A DNA stretch of 33,939 nt, from assembly GCA_044373865.1 (NCBI GenBank), contig JBILPN010000001.1, positions 1-33,939 on the forward strand, in the 5' to 3' direction. The notes beneath the pieces are model-generated. The model ran no database searches. It saw nothing but the letters and a program-made list of their open reading frames with translations, and had not been told where the DNA came from. Shown here piece by piece: positions 24,523 through 32,582 of the stretch (position 1 is the stretch's first letter; each line of letters starts with the position of its first letter). The translations under genes were made by a program, and so were the position numbers. Origin of the DNA: Luteolibacter sp. Its GTDB lineage: Bacteria; Verrucomicrobiota; Verrucomicrobiia; Verrucomicrobiales; Akkermansiaceae.

Positions 24523-25599
24523 ATGTCCGACCCATCACTCATCGCCGCCTTCGCCTCGCCTCGCACCCTGGAAGAGCAACTCGATTCCATCCATCAAGCC
24601 CCGCCGCTCTCCGCGCTGGCACGCATCAAAGTCATCGAGCGCAACCAGGACGGATACTCTCCGGCACAAGTCCTGTTGATTTTCGAAGACGCCCTTACCC
24701 GCGAAGTGCGCACCAATCCCCAGCGCCGTGGCGTGATCCAAGCGCTGAAACAATCCATCAAGCGCGTCACTCCGCAAACCGCCGCCGCCACCGCCGCCAC
24801 CGCCGCCACCGGCACCCGCTACAACCCCGAGACCGGCCTCGTCGAGCTCACCCACGACCAACCCCGCCGCGCCGAGTGGGACGCCGTCCGCGAAACCGTC
24901 CAACAAATCAGCTTCGCCGGCCGCATGTTCGTCCGTGGCCAGGTCAAACTCGGCATGCTGCTCGCCGGCCTCAAAAAGGCCCACGGCGTCCACCGCGGCC
25001 GCCCCGAAAAGAATTCGGCAGAATCTGCCCATTTAATTCCCTGGGCGCAAATCGTCCAAGACGAAACCGGCTTCTCGCGCAAATCCGGCGACGAATTCAT
25101 CCGCCTGTTCGAAGCCACCAAGGTCAAACTCAAGAAGGCCACCACCCTCGATCTGCCCGAAGACCTCGCCAAGGACGCCCTGGTCCTCTTCCAGACCGAG
25201 AACGCCCTCGCCCTCAGCGCCGAGCAGTGGACCCAGGTCGATGACCTCATCGGCACCCTCACCAGCGGCGAGACCCAAGCCAGCCTCATGCAGCAGCTCG
25301 GCGTCCTCGCCAAGCCCGCCAAGATGCCCACCAAAACCGGCACCAAGGACCAGCCCGCCGAGCCGAGCGCCGGCCAGCTCGCCTTCCATTTCTTCGACGG
25401 CGTCGCCGCCCCGCTCATCAACGCCCGCACCAATCCGGACTACAAACTCTACCTGCTCGCCCTCCCCCTCACCAGCGATGCCGAGCACCCGCTCAGCCTC
25501 GCCACCCTCAAAGCCGAAGCCCGCGCCCTCATCGCCGACATCGAAGAGGCCGAGCAAGCCAACGCCAAGCCCGCCAAGGGCAAAGTCATCACCGTCTGA
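24523..25599 (+). CDS. DUF3102-like early protein (358 aa)
   Basis: VKLGMLLAGLKKAHG...WAQIVQDETGFSRKSGDEFIRLF pattern; directly upstream of transposase as in other transposable phages. Confidence 0.6.
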   Translation: MSDPSLIAAFASPRTLEEQLDSIHQAPPLSALARIKVIERNQDGYSPAQVLLIFEDALTREVRTNPQRRGVIQALKQSIKRVTPQTAAATAATAATGTRYNPETGLVELTHDQPRRAEWDAVRETVQQISFAGRMFVRGQVKLGMLLAGLKKAHGVHRGRPEKNSAESAHLIPWAQIVQDETGFSRKSGDEFIRLFEATKVKLKKATTLDLPEDLAKDALVLFQTENALALSAEQWTQVDDLIGTLTSGETQASLMQQLGVLAKPAKMPTKTGTKDQPAEPSAGQLAFHFFDGVAAPLINARTNPDYKLYLLALPLTSDAEHPLSLATLKAEARALIADIEEAEQANAKPAKGKVITV

Positions 25600-25635
25600 T
25601 TTCAGCATTTCAGCCTCTCAGAATTTCAGCATTTA
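25600..25635 (+). repeat. Tandem 8-mer (TTTCAGCA) repeats upstream of transposase
   Basis: tttcagca-tttcagcc-tctcagaa-tttcagca-ttta. Confidence 0.8.
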
Positions 25636-25640
25636 CTCCC

Positions 25641-27824
25641 ATGACCACCCTCGCCTCCGCCCGCAAAAGCCAGCTCGACCTCATCATTGACGAGGGCGGC
25701 CTCGCCGAGCTGAGCCAACTCTCGCCCAACCAGAAGAGCGATCTCTTCGCCAAGCTCGGCGCGGTGCAGCTCGTCAGCGCCGCCGCCTACGGCACCAAGC
25801 AGGGCATCGTGGCCACCCAGGCGAGGGTGTTGCGGGTTTCCGAGCAAGCCATCAACGGTTGGCTCGCCCTCTACAAAAAACACGGCTTCCGCGCCCTCAT
25901 CGACGGCCGCAAAGCCGCCGCCGGCAGCCGCGCCGCCCTCCCCGAAGTCACCCGCCAATGGATCAAAGACCAGATCCTCAACTGCCAGCGCCGCGACGCC
26001 GTCGCCGAGGTCCACCGCATGACCCTCGCCCAGTGGCGCATGTGGCAGCGCACCGGCGATCCTCAATGGGCCATCCCCGGATTCTCCTCCCCTCCGGCCG
26101 ATGCCGGCAAAGGCTTCCCCGCCGGCTTCTCCGTCGAAAACTTCCGCCGCTGCGGCCCGGACAATTACCAGAAAACCCTCGCCGCCCAGGGCACCATCGC
26201 CGCCTATCGCACCCTCCCCTCCATCCTCTCCACCAGCGTCGGCACCCGCTACCTGGAATACGTCTTCTTCGACGATGAAAAGCCCGACGTCAACGTCCGC
26301 GTCCTCGGCTACGACCGCCCCATGGTCCCGCTCTGCTTCCACGCCCTCGACCGCCTCACCCGCTTTCCCTTCCGGCCGCACATCCGCCTCCGTTGGTATG
26401 ATACCGACAAGCAGACCCACAAGCACCTCACCCAAAAGGAATTCGTCTGGTATGTCATCTTCCTGCTAGTCACCGAGGGCTATCGCGCCGATGAAGTCGG
26501 CACCACCTACATCCAAGAACACGGCACCGCCAAAGTCTGGGCCAATCAATCCCTTGCCACCCCCGGCGGCTTCCACTCCTTCGAGGATGCGCTCCGCAGC
26601 ATCACCGCCCGCGATGGCATGCCCGGCGTCCGCATCGATTCCTCCGGCCTCTTCAATCGCCCCGCATTCTCCGAGCTGCTCTACGGCCCGCAGTCCTCCG
26701 GCAACCCGCGCTTCAAGGCCCCCATCGAATCCTCCTTCCACCTCTGGCGCATCTACTCCCAGCACCTGCTCGGACAAACCGGCCTCAACATCGGCAACGC
26801 CCCCGAGGAAAACCACGGCATCGCCAAATACGAGCGCAAGATCCTCAAGATCGCCAACGATCTCCCCGCCCACATCCGCGAAAGCCTGCTCTCCAATTTC
26901 CTCACCGGCGTCGAATTCGGCTCCGTCGCCGAGCTGATCCGCCTCGCCCTCGCCAACCGCGACGACCACAAATTCGAAGGCTGGTATGAGAATGGATTCG
27001 TCGAACCCGTCTGGCGCTGGGCCGAGGAACCGGTCGGCACCTGGCACTCCCGCAGCGAGCTCGCAAACCTCCCGCAGCACCTCCGCGAGCACGCCCTCCA
27101 CCAGCAGCGCCAGGACCCGCGCCTGTCCGATCTGCAAAGCTGGTCCCCGGCCATCGCCCGCGAAACCTGCCTCCGCGATCCCGCCCTCAACAAGCTCTCC
27201 ATCTTCGACGCCATCCACCTCGTCCCCACCGCCTGGCTCAAGCCCGCCAAGTTCAACAAGCGCAATTTCGTCGAGGTCACCGAGGAACTCCTCCCCGGCA
27301 TGGATCTCCAATACCTCCCCGAACTCACCACCCTGCGCGGCCGCACCGAAGTCCTCCGTCAGGGCGACAAGGTCATGCTCCTGCTCAACCCCCTCATGCC
27401 CGACACCGTCCTCTGTTATGATCAAAACCTGACGCCCATCGGCACCCTCACCCGCAACGTCCCCCTCGGCCGCGATTCCGACCAGATCGAGGAACTCTAC
27501 AAACAACGCTCCCGCATCAAGACCGCCATGGACGCCCCCGTCCGCCGCGCCATGCAAGGCCAGGCCGACCGCCGCGACGTCATCAAACGCTTCAACGACG
27601 ACCTCATCCAGAAAGCCCGCGACGAAGCCGCCGGCAAGCCCGCCACCGAGCACGAGCGCCACGTTGCCGCAGGCCAGCAAGCCGTCCGCACCGCCGCTGC
27701 AAACCGCCTGCAAACCCACGGCTCCGCCACCGACTGGGACAACCACCCCGCCGCCGCAGCCCCGCCCACCCGCAACGCCTGGGACGACCTCCCCGACGAA
27801 GTCGACCTCCACGACGCCCTCTAA
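25641..27824 (+). CDS. MuA-like DDE-fold transposase (727 aa)
   Basis: N-terminal HTH (VSEQAINGWLALYKKHGFRALIDGR), VFFDD, YIQEHG, GNPRFKAPIESSF; followed by AAA ATPase. Confidence 0.9.
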   Translation: MTTLASARKSQLDLIIDEGGLAELSQLSPNQKSDLFAKLGAVQLVSAAAYGTKQGIVATQARVLRVSEQAINGWLALYKKHGFRALIDGRKAAAGSRAALPEVTRQWIKDQILNCQRRDAVAEVHRMTLAQWRMWQRTGDPQWAIPGFSSPPADAGKGFPAGFSVENFRRCGPDNYQKTLAAQGTIAAYRTLPSILSTSVGTRYLEYVFFDDEKPDVNVRVLGYDRPMVPLCFHALDRLTRFPFRPHIRLRWYDTDKQTHKHLTQKEFVWYVIFLLVTEGYRADEVGTTYIQEHGTAKVWANQSLATPGGFHSFEDALRSITARDGMPGVRIDSSGLFNRPAFSELLYGPQSSGNPRFKAPIESSFHLWRIYSQHLLGQTGLNIGNAPEENHGIAKYERKILKIANDLPAHIRESLLSNFLTGVEFGSVAELIRLALANRDDHKFEGWYENGFVEPVWRWAEEPVGTWHSRSELANLPQHLREHALHQQRQDPRLSDLQSWSPAIARETCLRDPALNKLSIFDAIHLVPTAWLKPAKFNKRNFVEVTEELLPGMDLQYLPELTTLRGRTEVLRQGDKVMLLLNPLMPDTVLCYDQNLTPIGTLTRNVPLGRDSDQIEELYKQRSRIKTAMDAPVRRAMQGQADRRDVIKRFNDDLIQKARDEAAGKPATEHERHVAAGQQAVRTAAANRLQTHGSATDWDNHPAAAAPPTRNAWDDLPDEVDLHDAL

Positions 27825-27873
27825 CCCAACCCGACCCAACCCTCTCACCTACCAACCCTCTCACCCAACAACC

Positions 27874-28938
27874 ATGCAAAACCACATCACCACCCCCACA
27901 CCCGCCCCCGCCGGCACCAACCTCGCCGTCTCCGCCCACGACTTCGAGCACCTCATGACCGCGGCCACCCTCAAAGGCACCTACACCGAAGCCCAGGTCG
28001 AAACCCTCCGCTGGTGGTACTTCACCGCCAAGCAACACGGCTGGAACCTCCAACGCCTCGCCAAAAACACCGGCATCTCCACCACCGTCCTCTATCGCCT
28101 GCTGCGCGTCGAGTATCAGGCGGACCCCGCCAACAGCATCACCAAGCTCCAACGCGCCAAGGAAAATTTCGCCGAGTCCGCCGACAATCCCGACTTCATC
28201 GAAACCTCCCTCGCCGCCCGCCTCTTCACCATCTTCGACAAGACCCGCGCCCTCAAAAACGTCTCCATCCTCTGGGGCAAGATGGGCATCGGCAAAACCG
28301 AGTGCATCAACGAATACGTCCGCCAGAACAACCACGGCCGCACCATCTGCGTCCGCTTCCCCGCCGGCTCCTCCTTCGCCTACTTCGTCTCCCATGTCGC
28401 CCGCCACCTCGGCGTCGCCAAATCCCAGTCCGCCTTCCAACAGCGCGACCGCATCATCCAGGTCCTCGCCGCCGGCCAGCGCCTCCTCATCATCGACGAG
28501 CTCCACCAGGCATTCCTCACCACCCGCACCGACACCGCCGTCAAATGCTGCGAGTTCCTCCGTGAGATCGCCGATTGCTCCGCCTGCGGCATGGTCCTCG
28601 TCGGCACCGAGCTGCTCGAAGAGCACGTCTTCCGCGGCCCCCACAAAGACGCCCTCAAACAGCTCGTCGACCGCGGCACCGTCCAGGTCCCGCTCCCCGC
28701 CAAAGCCACCAAAAAAGACTACCAGAAATTCCTCGGCTCCTACGGCCTCGATTTCCCCGATCCCTCCACCCAGCCCGAAGCCGCCGAGATCCTCGCCGAC
28801 ATCATCAAATCCGCCGGCCTGCGCAAACTCACCCTCCACCTCCGCGACGGTGCCGCCTACGCCAACAAGTGCGACCAAGCCTACAACTGGTCCCACTTCA
28901 CCGCCGCCTTCGAAGCCATCCAATCCCTCAGCAAATGA
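27874..28938 (+). CDS. MuB-like AAA+ transposition ATPase (354 aa)
   Basis: N-terminal HTH, Walker A GKMGIGKT, Walker B LLIIDE, LREIAD, MVLVGT, GLRKL. Confidence 0.92.
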   Translation: MQNHITTPTPAPAGTNLAVSAHDFEHLMTAATLKGTYTEAQVETLRWWYFTAKQHGWNLQRLAKNTGISTTVLYRLLRVEYQADPANSITKLQRAKENFAESADNPDFIETSLAARLFTIFDKTRALKNVSILWGKMGIGKTECINEYVRQNNHGRTICVRFPAGSSFAYFVSHVARHLGVAKSQSAFQQRDRIIQVLAAGQRLLIIDELHQAFLTTRTDTAVKCCEFLREIADCSACGMVLVGTELLEEHVFRGPHKDALKQLVDRGTVQVPLPAKATKKDYQKFLGSYGLDFPDPSTQPEAAEILADIIKSAGLRKLTLHLRDGAAYANKCDQAYNWSHFTAAFEAIQSLSK

Positions 28939-29123
28939 CCCCCCCGGACCTCCACCTCACCCGCATCTGGGAGAGCGCCACCTGGGGCGCCGGCCACCTC
29001 GGCGACGCCATCCGCACCCGCCGCGAGACCCCCCACCAGGACGTCCGCAAAGACCTCGGCGAGGCCCTCATCCTCCTCACCAAAGCCACCGCCGAAATCC
29101 AACAAATCCTCGCCACCCGCTAA
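28935..29123 (+). CDS. Hypothetical protein (62 aa)
   Basis: ATGA-coupled to ATPase, C3 bias. Confidence 0.65.
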   Translation: MTPPDLHLTRIWESATWGAGHLGDAIRTRRETPHQDVRKDLGEALILLTKATAEIQQILATR

Positions 29124-29127
29124 CCCC

Positions 29128-29637
29128 ATGTCCGAATCCAAAAAAGCCCTCGCCACCAAGGCCAACAAACTCCGCCGCACCCTCGCCGAGCTGGACGCCA
29201 AGGCCGACGATTGCCGGATTCGCCTGGCCCAGATCGAGGCCCGCCTGGATAACCGCGAGGCCCCCCTCAGCGGCCTCGATCAACTCTGGAAACTCGCCCC
29301 CGACAAAGCCCGCGAACGCTCCTCCAAACACCTCTGCCGCCTCGCCTGGAACAAAGTCCCCGCCGCGGATCGCCCACCCGTCCAAACCCTCCTCGACGCC
29401 ATGGCCAAATGGCTGCGCTGCGACGAGTGGCGCAAAGACGGCGGCCAGTTCGTCCCCGCCGTGGACCGCTGGATCCGCGAGCAACGCTGGGAAGACGCCC
29501 CCGCCATCAAAGACGCCCCCTCCCGCTCCCGCCACCTCCCCAAACCCGTCCCCCAAAACGACCCCGCCCAAGCCGCCTCCCAAGAAGAAATCGCCGAAAT
29601 CCTCGGCGCCCTCAAACCCCGCCGCATGAACTCCTGA
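29128..29637 (+). CDS. Coiled coil plus phage replication-initiator-like C-terminal domain (169 aa)
   Basis: LWKLAP...AW...EWRKDGGQFVPAVDRWIREQRWED resembles C-terminal domain of phage replisome organisers. Confidence 0.65.
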   Translation: MSESKKALATKANKLRRTLAELDAKADDCRIRLAQIEARLDNREAPLSGLDQLWKLAPDKARERSSKHLCRLAWNKVPAADRPPVQTLLDAMAKWLRCDEWRKDGGQFVPAVDRWIREQRWEDAPAIKDAPSRSRHLPKPVPQNDPAQAASQEEIAEILGALKPRRMNS

Positions 29638-29658
29638 AACTCTCCAACAAACACACCA

Positions 29659-29910
29659 ATGCCTGCCACCAAGACCACCACCGCCACCGCCGAAAAGCGC
29701 GTCATCAAAGCCGAAATGAAGACCCTCGGCCGCAACTACCGCAAACTCCTTTCCGACGCCCTCAAAGCCCGCAAAGCCGCCATCAAAGAAATCACCGCCG
29801 CCGAGCGCCGCTACAAGATCGCCATCAGCCGCATCGACAAAGCCGTGCCCCTCGCCACCGCCATCATCGAGCGCCGCATCGCCATCCTCGAAGGCCGCCT
29901 CGCCTCCTAA
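29659..29910 (+). CDS. Basic coiled-coil protein (83 aa)
   Basis: K/R/A-rich helical ORF, C3 bias. Confidence 0.7.
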   Translation: MPATKTTTATAEKRVIKAEMKTLGRNYRKLLSDALKARKAAIKEITAAERRYKIAISRIDKAVPLATAIIERRIAILEGRLAS

Positions 29911-29932
29911 ATCCCACCCATCCCACCACCCC

Positions 29933-30430
29933 ATGACCCCACAACAAATCAGCTCCGACATCGAGCGCGGCCTCGAACTCCGCAACACCATCAAGACCGC
30001 CCAGGCCGAGCTCAAATCCATCGAAAAACGCCTCGAACAAGCGGGCCTCGAAGGCCAGCAAATCCCCCTCCAGGAAGCCGACCGCGAAGGCCGCCAATTC
30101 CTCGCCCGCAGCCCCAAGCTCGGGCTCATCGTCCCCGTCGTTTTCGAGTCCGATCAGATCATCGCCAGCATCCAGCCGGACACCGCCACCCACGAGGCTC
30201 TCAGCATCATCGCCGGCGTCCATTTCGGCAAATTCTGGCAGCCCGTCAGCAAGCTCGACCGCATCCAAAAAGACGGCCAAGCCTACCGCAAAACCGCCCG
30301 CGAAATCCTCGGCGAACTCGCCCCCGGATTCATCGCCGCCAGCCTCCAGCGCGACAAAGCCGGCATCCCCAAATCCCGCACCATCATCGCCTGGGAAAAC
30401 ACCAAACAACTCGACCAGATCACCGTCTAA
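29933..30430 (+). CDS. Hypothetical protein (165 aa), position and N-terminal coiled coil reminiscent of Gam-like proteins
   Basis: Clear ORF; function weakly inferred. Confidence 0.55.
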   Translation: MTPQQISSDIERGLELRNTIKTAQAELKSIEKRLEQAGLEGQQIPLQEADREGRQFLARSPKLGLIVPVVFESDQIIASIQPDTATHEALSIIAGVHFGKFWQPVSKLDRIQKDGQAYRKTAREILGELAPGFIAASLQRDKAGIPKSRTIIAWENTKQLDQITV

Positions 30431-30449
30431 AAACATTCCCACCAAGCAG

Positions 30450-30500
30450 GCCGGGGAGCGCAGAGCGGGAAGGTCCCGCCGCTCCCCGGCCATTTTTTTT
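30450..30500 (+). terminator. Intrinsic terminator within early operon
   Basis: GCCGGGGAGCG ... CGCTCCCCGGC stem with inner hairpin, followed by CA and T8. Confidence 0.8.
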
Positions 30501-30524
30501 AAGCTCCCGCAACCCCACCACCCC

Positions 30525-30761
30525 ATGCTCGCCATCCCCGACTCCTACATGCTCCTCACCTGCGCCAAATGCGCCCACACCGCCGACTTTTTCGAATTCT
30601 GCCGCACCCCCATCGCCGGCGCTCTGCCAAGCGGAACCCACCAGTGCCCCAACTGCAAAAAAGCCTGGCGCATGGAATCCCAGGGCAACGCCCAACACTA
30701 CCCCACCGGCCTCACCATCCCCGCCACCCGCATCGCCGTGACCATCCCGACCATCCTCTAA
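30525..30761 (+). CDS. Zn-ribbon protein (78 aa)
   Basis: CAKC ... CPNC. Confidence 0.75.
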   Translation: MLAIPDSYMLLTCAKCAHTADFFEFCRTPIAGALPSGTHQCPNCKKAWRMESQGNAQHYPTGLTIPATRIAVTIPTIL

Positions 30762-30785
30762 CGATTGAGCCCCCGGACCGCGAAA

Positions 30786-31115
30786 ATGAAACGCTTCAAA
30801 TACTGTGACATGTGCTCGATACCAAGCATCTGCTCCGAACGCAGACGGTGCCGATACGCAAAAACGCCAGCGAAAGAATCACCTTCGGCGCATGACAATG
30901 CATGGGAAAAGGGCTTTATCGTCCCCATCGCCAAAGAGATGAAAGCCCGTGGCGTGGCCTACCTGCTGATCACGATCCGTGACGATGGAAAGGCCGCCTA
31001 CGTGCTCGAACCCGTGGAAACGGAATGCCTTCACGACAAAGGCCACCAGATGAACGGCGGGGGGATGTGGATCTGCCTCGGATGCCGGGCTGACATTACT
31101 CCGGAGAACAGATAA
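30786..31115 (+). CDS. Cys-rich hypothetical protein (109 aa), atypical composition
   Basis: CDMC-x5-C-x5-C and CLH...CLGC; lacks the C3 bias of neighbours. Confidence 0.6.
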   Translation: MKRFKYCDMCSIPSICSERRRCRYAKTPAKESPSAHDNAWEKGFIVPIAKEMKARGVAYLLITIRDDGKAAYVLEPVETECLHDKGHQMNGGGMWICLGCRADITPENR

Positions 31116-31126
31116 CCACCGCCACC

Positions 31127-31816
31127 ATGAAAACCGCCAAAACCTCAGCCAAAAAAGCCGCTCGCAAACCCGCTGCAAAGCCCGTGCAACGCCGCGGCAG
31201 CCCCGGTGCAACCGGCAATCTATCCCGCGAGGAAACCACCAGCCTGCTGCTTCAAGCGCAGGATGCATTCCAGGTCCAATCCGCACTCCGCCGGGTGGAG
31301 CCAGGGCAATCGTTCGACGAGTGGCGCCGCGAGCAAGTCATGGATGCCGCCGGCGTCCCTGGCATCAGCAAACTCCAGCGCGCCCAATGGCGCACCGTCA
31401 AAGCCCACTTCCTGACCCTCAGCGGTCTCGATGCCGAGGCGTTCCAGCTCCTCAATCAAACCGGCCTCAAAACCTACCGCCCCGCGAGCCCGGCCGACAC
31501 CTGGGAAACCTCGGAAGCCTACGTCGCCCACATCCGCACCGCGCTCGATGAGCACGCCAAGGTCGCCCTCACGGATCCAAAAGGCCGCATTCACCCCGGC
31601 TGGTTCCTCGCCGCCGCCAGGCAGCGCACCGGCAAGCCCACCCTCATCCTCGACACCCTCGCCGAGCGGCTCGACCCCCAAACCCTCGCCGGCCTGCTCG
31701 CCCACCTCCGCAACCATATCGCCAAGCGCGAGGGCCGCGGCAACCTGGACCGCCGTGCCCCCCGTGCCTACCCCAAACCGGCCGATTTTGAGGACGGCCA
31801 TCCTGGTCCATTTTAG
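31127..31816 (+). CDS. Mu gp16/GemA-like protein (229 aa)
   Basis: FDEWRREQVMDAAGVPGISKLQRAQWRTVKAHFLTL resembles DUF1018 N-domain; last early gene. Confidence 0.6.
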   Translation: MKTAKTSAKKAARKPAAKPVQRRGSPGATGNLSREETTSLLLQAQDAFQVQSALRRVEPGQSFDEWRREQVMDAAGVPGISKLQRAQWRTVKAHFLTLSGLDAEAFQLLNQTGLKTYRPASPADTWETSEAYVAHIRTALDEHAKVALTDPKGRIHPGWFLAAARQRTGKPTLILDTLAERLDPQTLAGLLAHLRNHIAKREGRGNLDRRAPRAYPKPADFEDGHPGPF

Positions 31817-31822
31817 TCCTCC

Positions 31823-31838
31823 AGTTTTCTAATCTGTC
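31823..31838 (-). repeat. Right-end inner transposase-binding-like site
   Basis: Reverse complement GACAGATTAGAAAACT. Confidence 0.8.
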
Positions 31839-31853
31839 CGACGTTTCGGGCAT

Positions 31854-31894
31854 CTCCGGCGGCAGTTTTCCACAACTGCCGCCGGAGCTGTTTT
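31854..31894 (+). terminator. Intrinsic terminator of early operon
   Basis: CTCCGGCGGCAGTT-ttccac-AACTGCCGCCGGAG perfect 14-bp stem, then CTGTTTT. Confidence 0.85.
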
Positions 31895-31960
31895 AGCCCC
31901 CCCCGGTGCCCTGAAACCCCTCAAAAACAGGCTGTTTCGGGATAATCCGGGCAAATTTGG

Positions 31961-31976
31961 GCTTTTCTAATCTCCA
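31961..31976 (-). repeat. Right terminal site ending in CA (TG on minus strand)
   Basis: Reverse complement TGGAGATTAGAAAAGC; same core as other end sites. Confidence 0.8.
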
Positions 31977-32454
31977 TTGGCTGGATTCCGCGGAAATCGT
32001 GGAGGATGGAAAGCTTGCGGCCGGGGCCCTCGATGCGGACGGGGATGCCGAGCCGGCGGGCTTTGGCGAGCACGGCCTGTTTTTGGCGGAGTTCGAGCTG
32101 CTCGATTGCGGCGACGACGCGGGCGCGAGTCGCGGGGTCGGCCATGTCGGCACCGGCGAGGATTTCGGGGATGGCGCGGCCTCGGGCGGCTTGCTCGCGG
32201 GTGGATGGCCGGGTTTTCACCGCCGGGCGATTGGCGGCGGGGAGGGGCTGCGGTGCGCGTGCGGCGGTGGTGGCGGTGTTTGGCTCGCTGGAAAAGGTTT
32301 CCCGCGCGGGGGCATGAGATGCGGTTGCTGCAGCCGTTGGGGTGGCGGCGGGACGGCTGGACGTGAACCCGCGCGACTTCCACGCGACGAAGCCGCAAAG
32401 GATGAGGAGAGCGGCGATGGTAAGAACCACGCGGCGGCGATGCCGGGACTGCAT
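31977..32454 (-). pseudogene. 5' fragment of a host exported protein truncated by the prophage
   Basis: Signal/TM (RRRVVLTIAALLILCGFVAW), Ala/Pro linker, start of a globular domain that runs into the phage end at ...HDFRGIQP and stops 18 codons later; possibly a protease pro-region (unverified recollection). Confidence 0.7.
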
Positions 32455-32582
32455 GAAAATTGATTTCTGGAGTGAAAGGTATGCGGCAGCGCCCGCCGGG
32501 CAAGCGGGGAAACGCGGCCCCGCGGGTGGGCGAAGCAGACCACCGGTTGACAGGAACGGATTGGCGGGGTTTGCTCAGCGCG

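Larger units (their letters stand above)
591..31976. mobile_element. Mu-like transposable prophage (siphovirus-type tail, divergent B3/BcepMu-like layout)
   Basis: MuA/MuB-like genes, Mu-type gp25-gp29, protease I, gp36, F and G homologues, inverted terminal binding repeats; right boundary CA at 31975-31976 interrupts a host ORF; left boundary approximate. Confidence 0.93.

Noticed and set aside
25033-30535. Long - strand ORFs opposite early genes (e.g. 26466-27848, 27604-28923, 29077-30129)
   Set aside because: Gly/Val/Glu-rich mirror of the C3 bias; no independent coding signal
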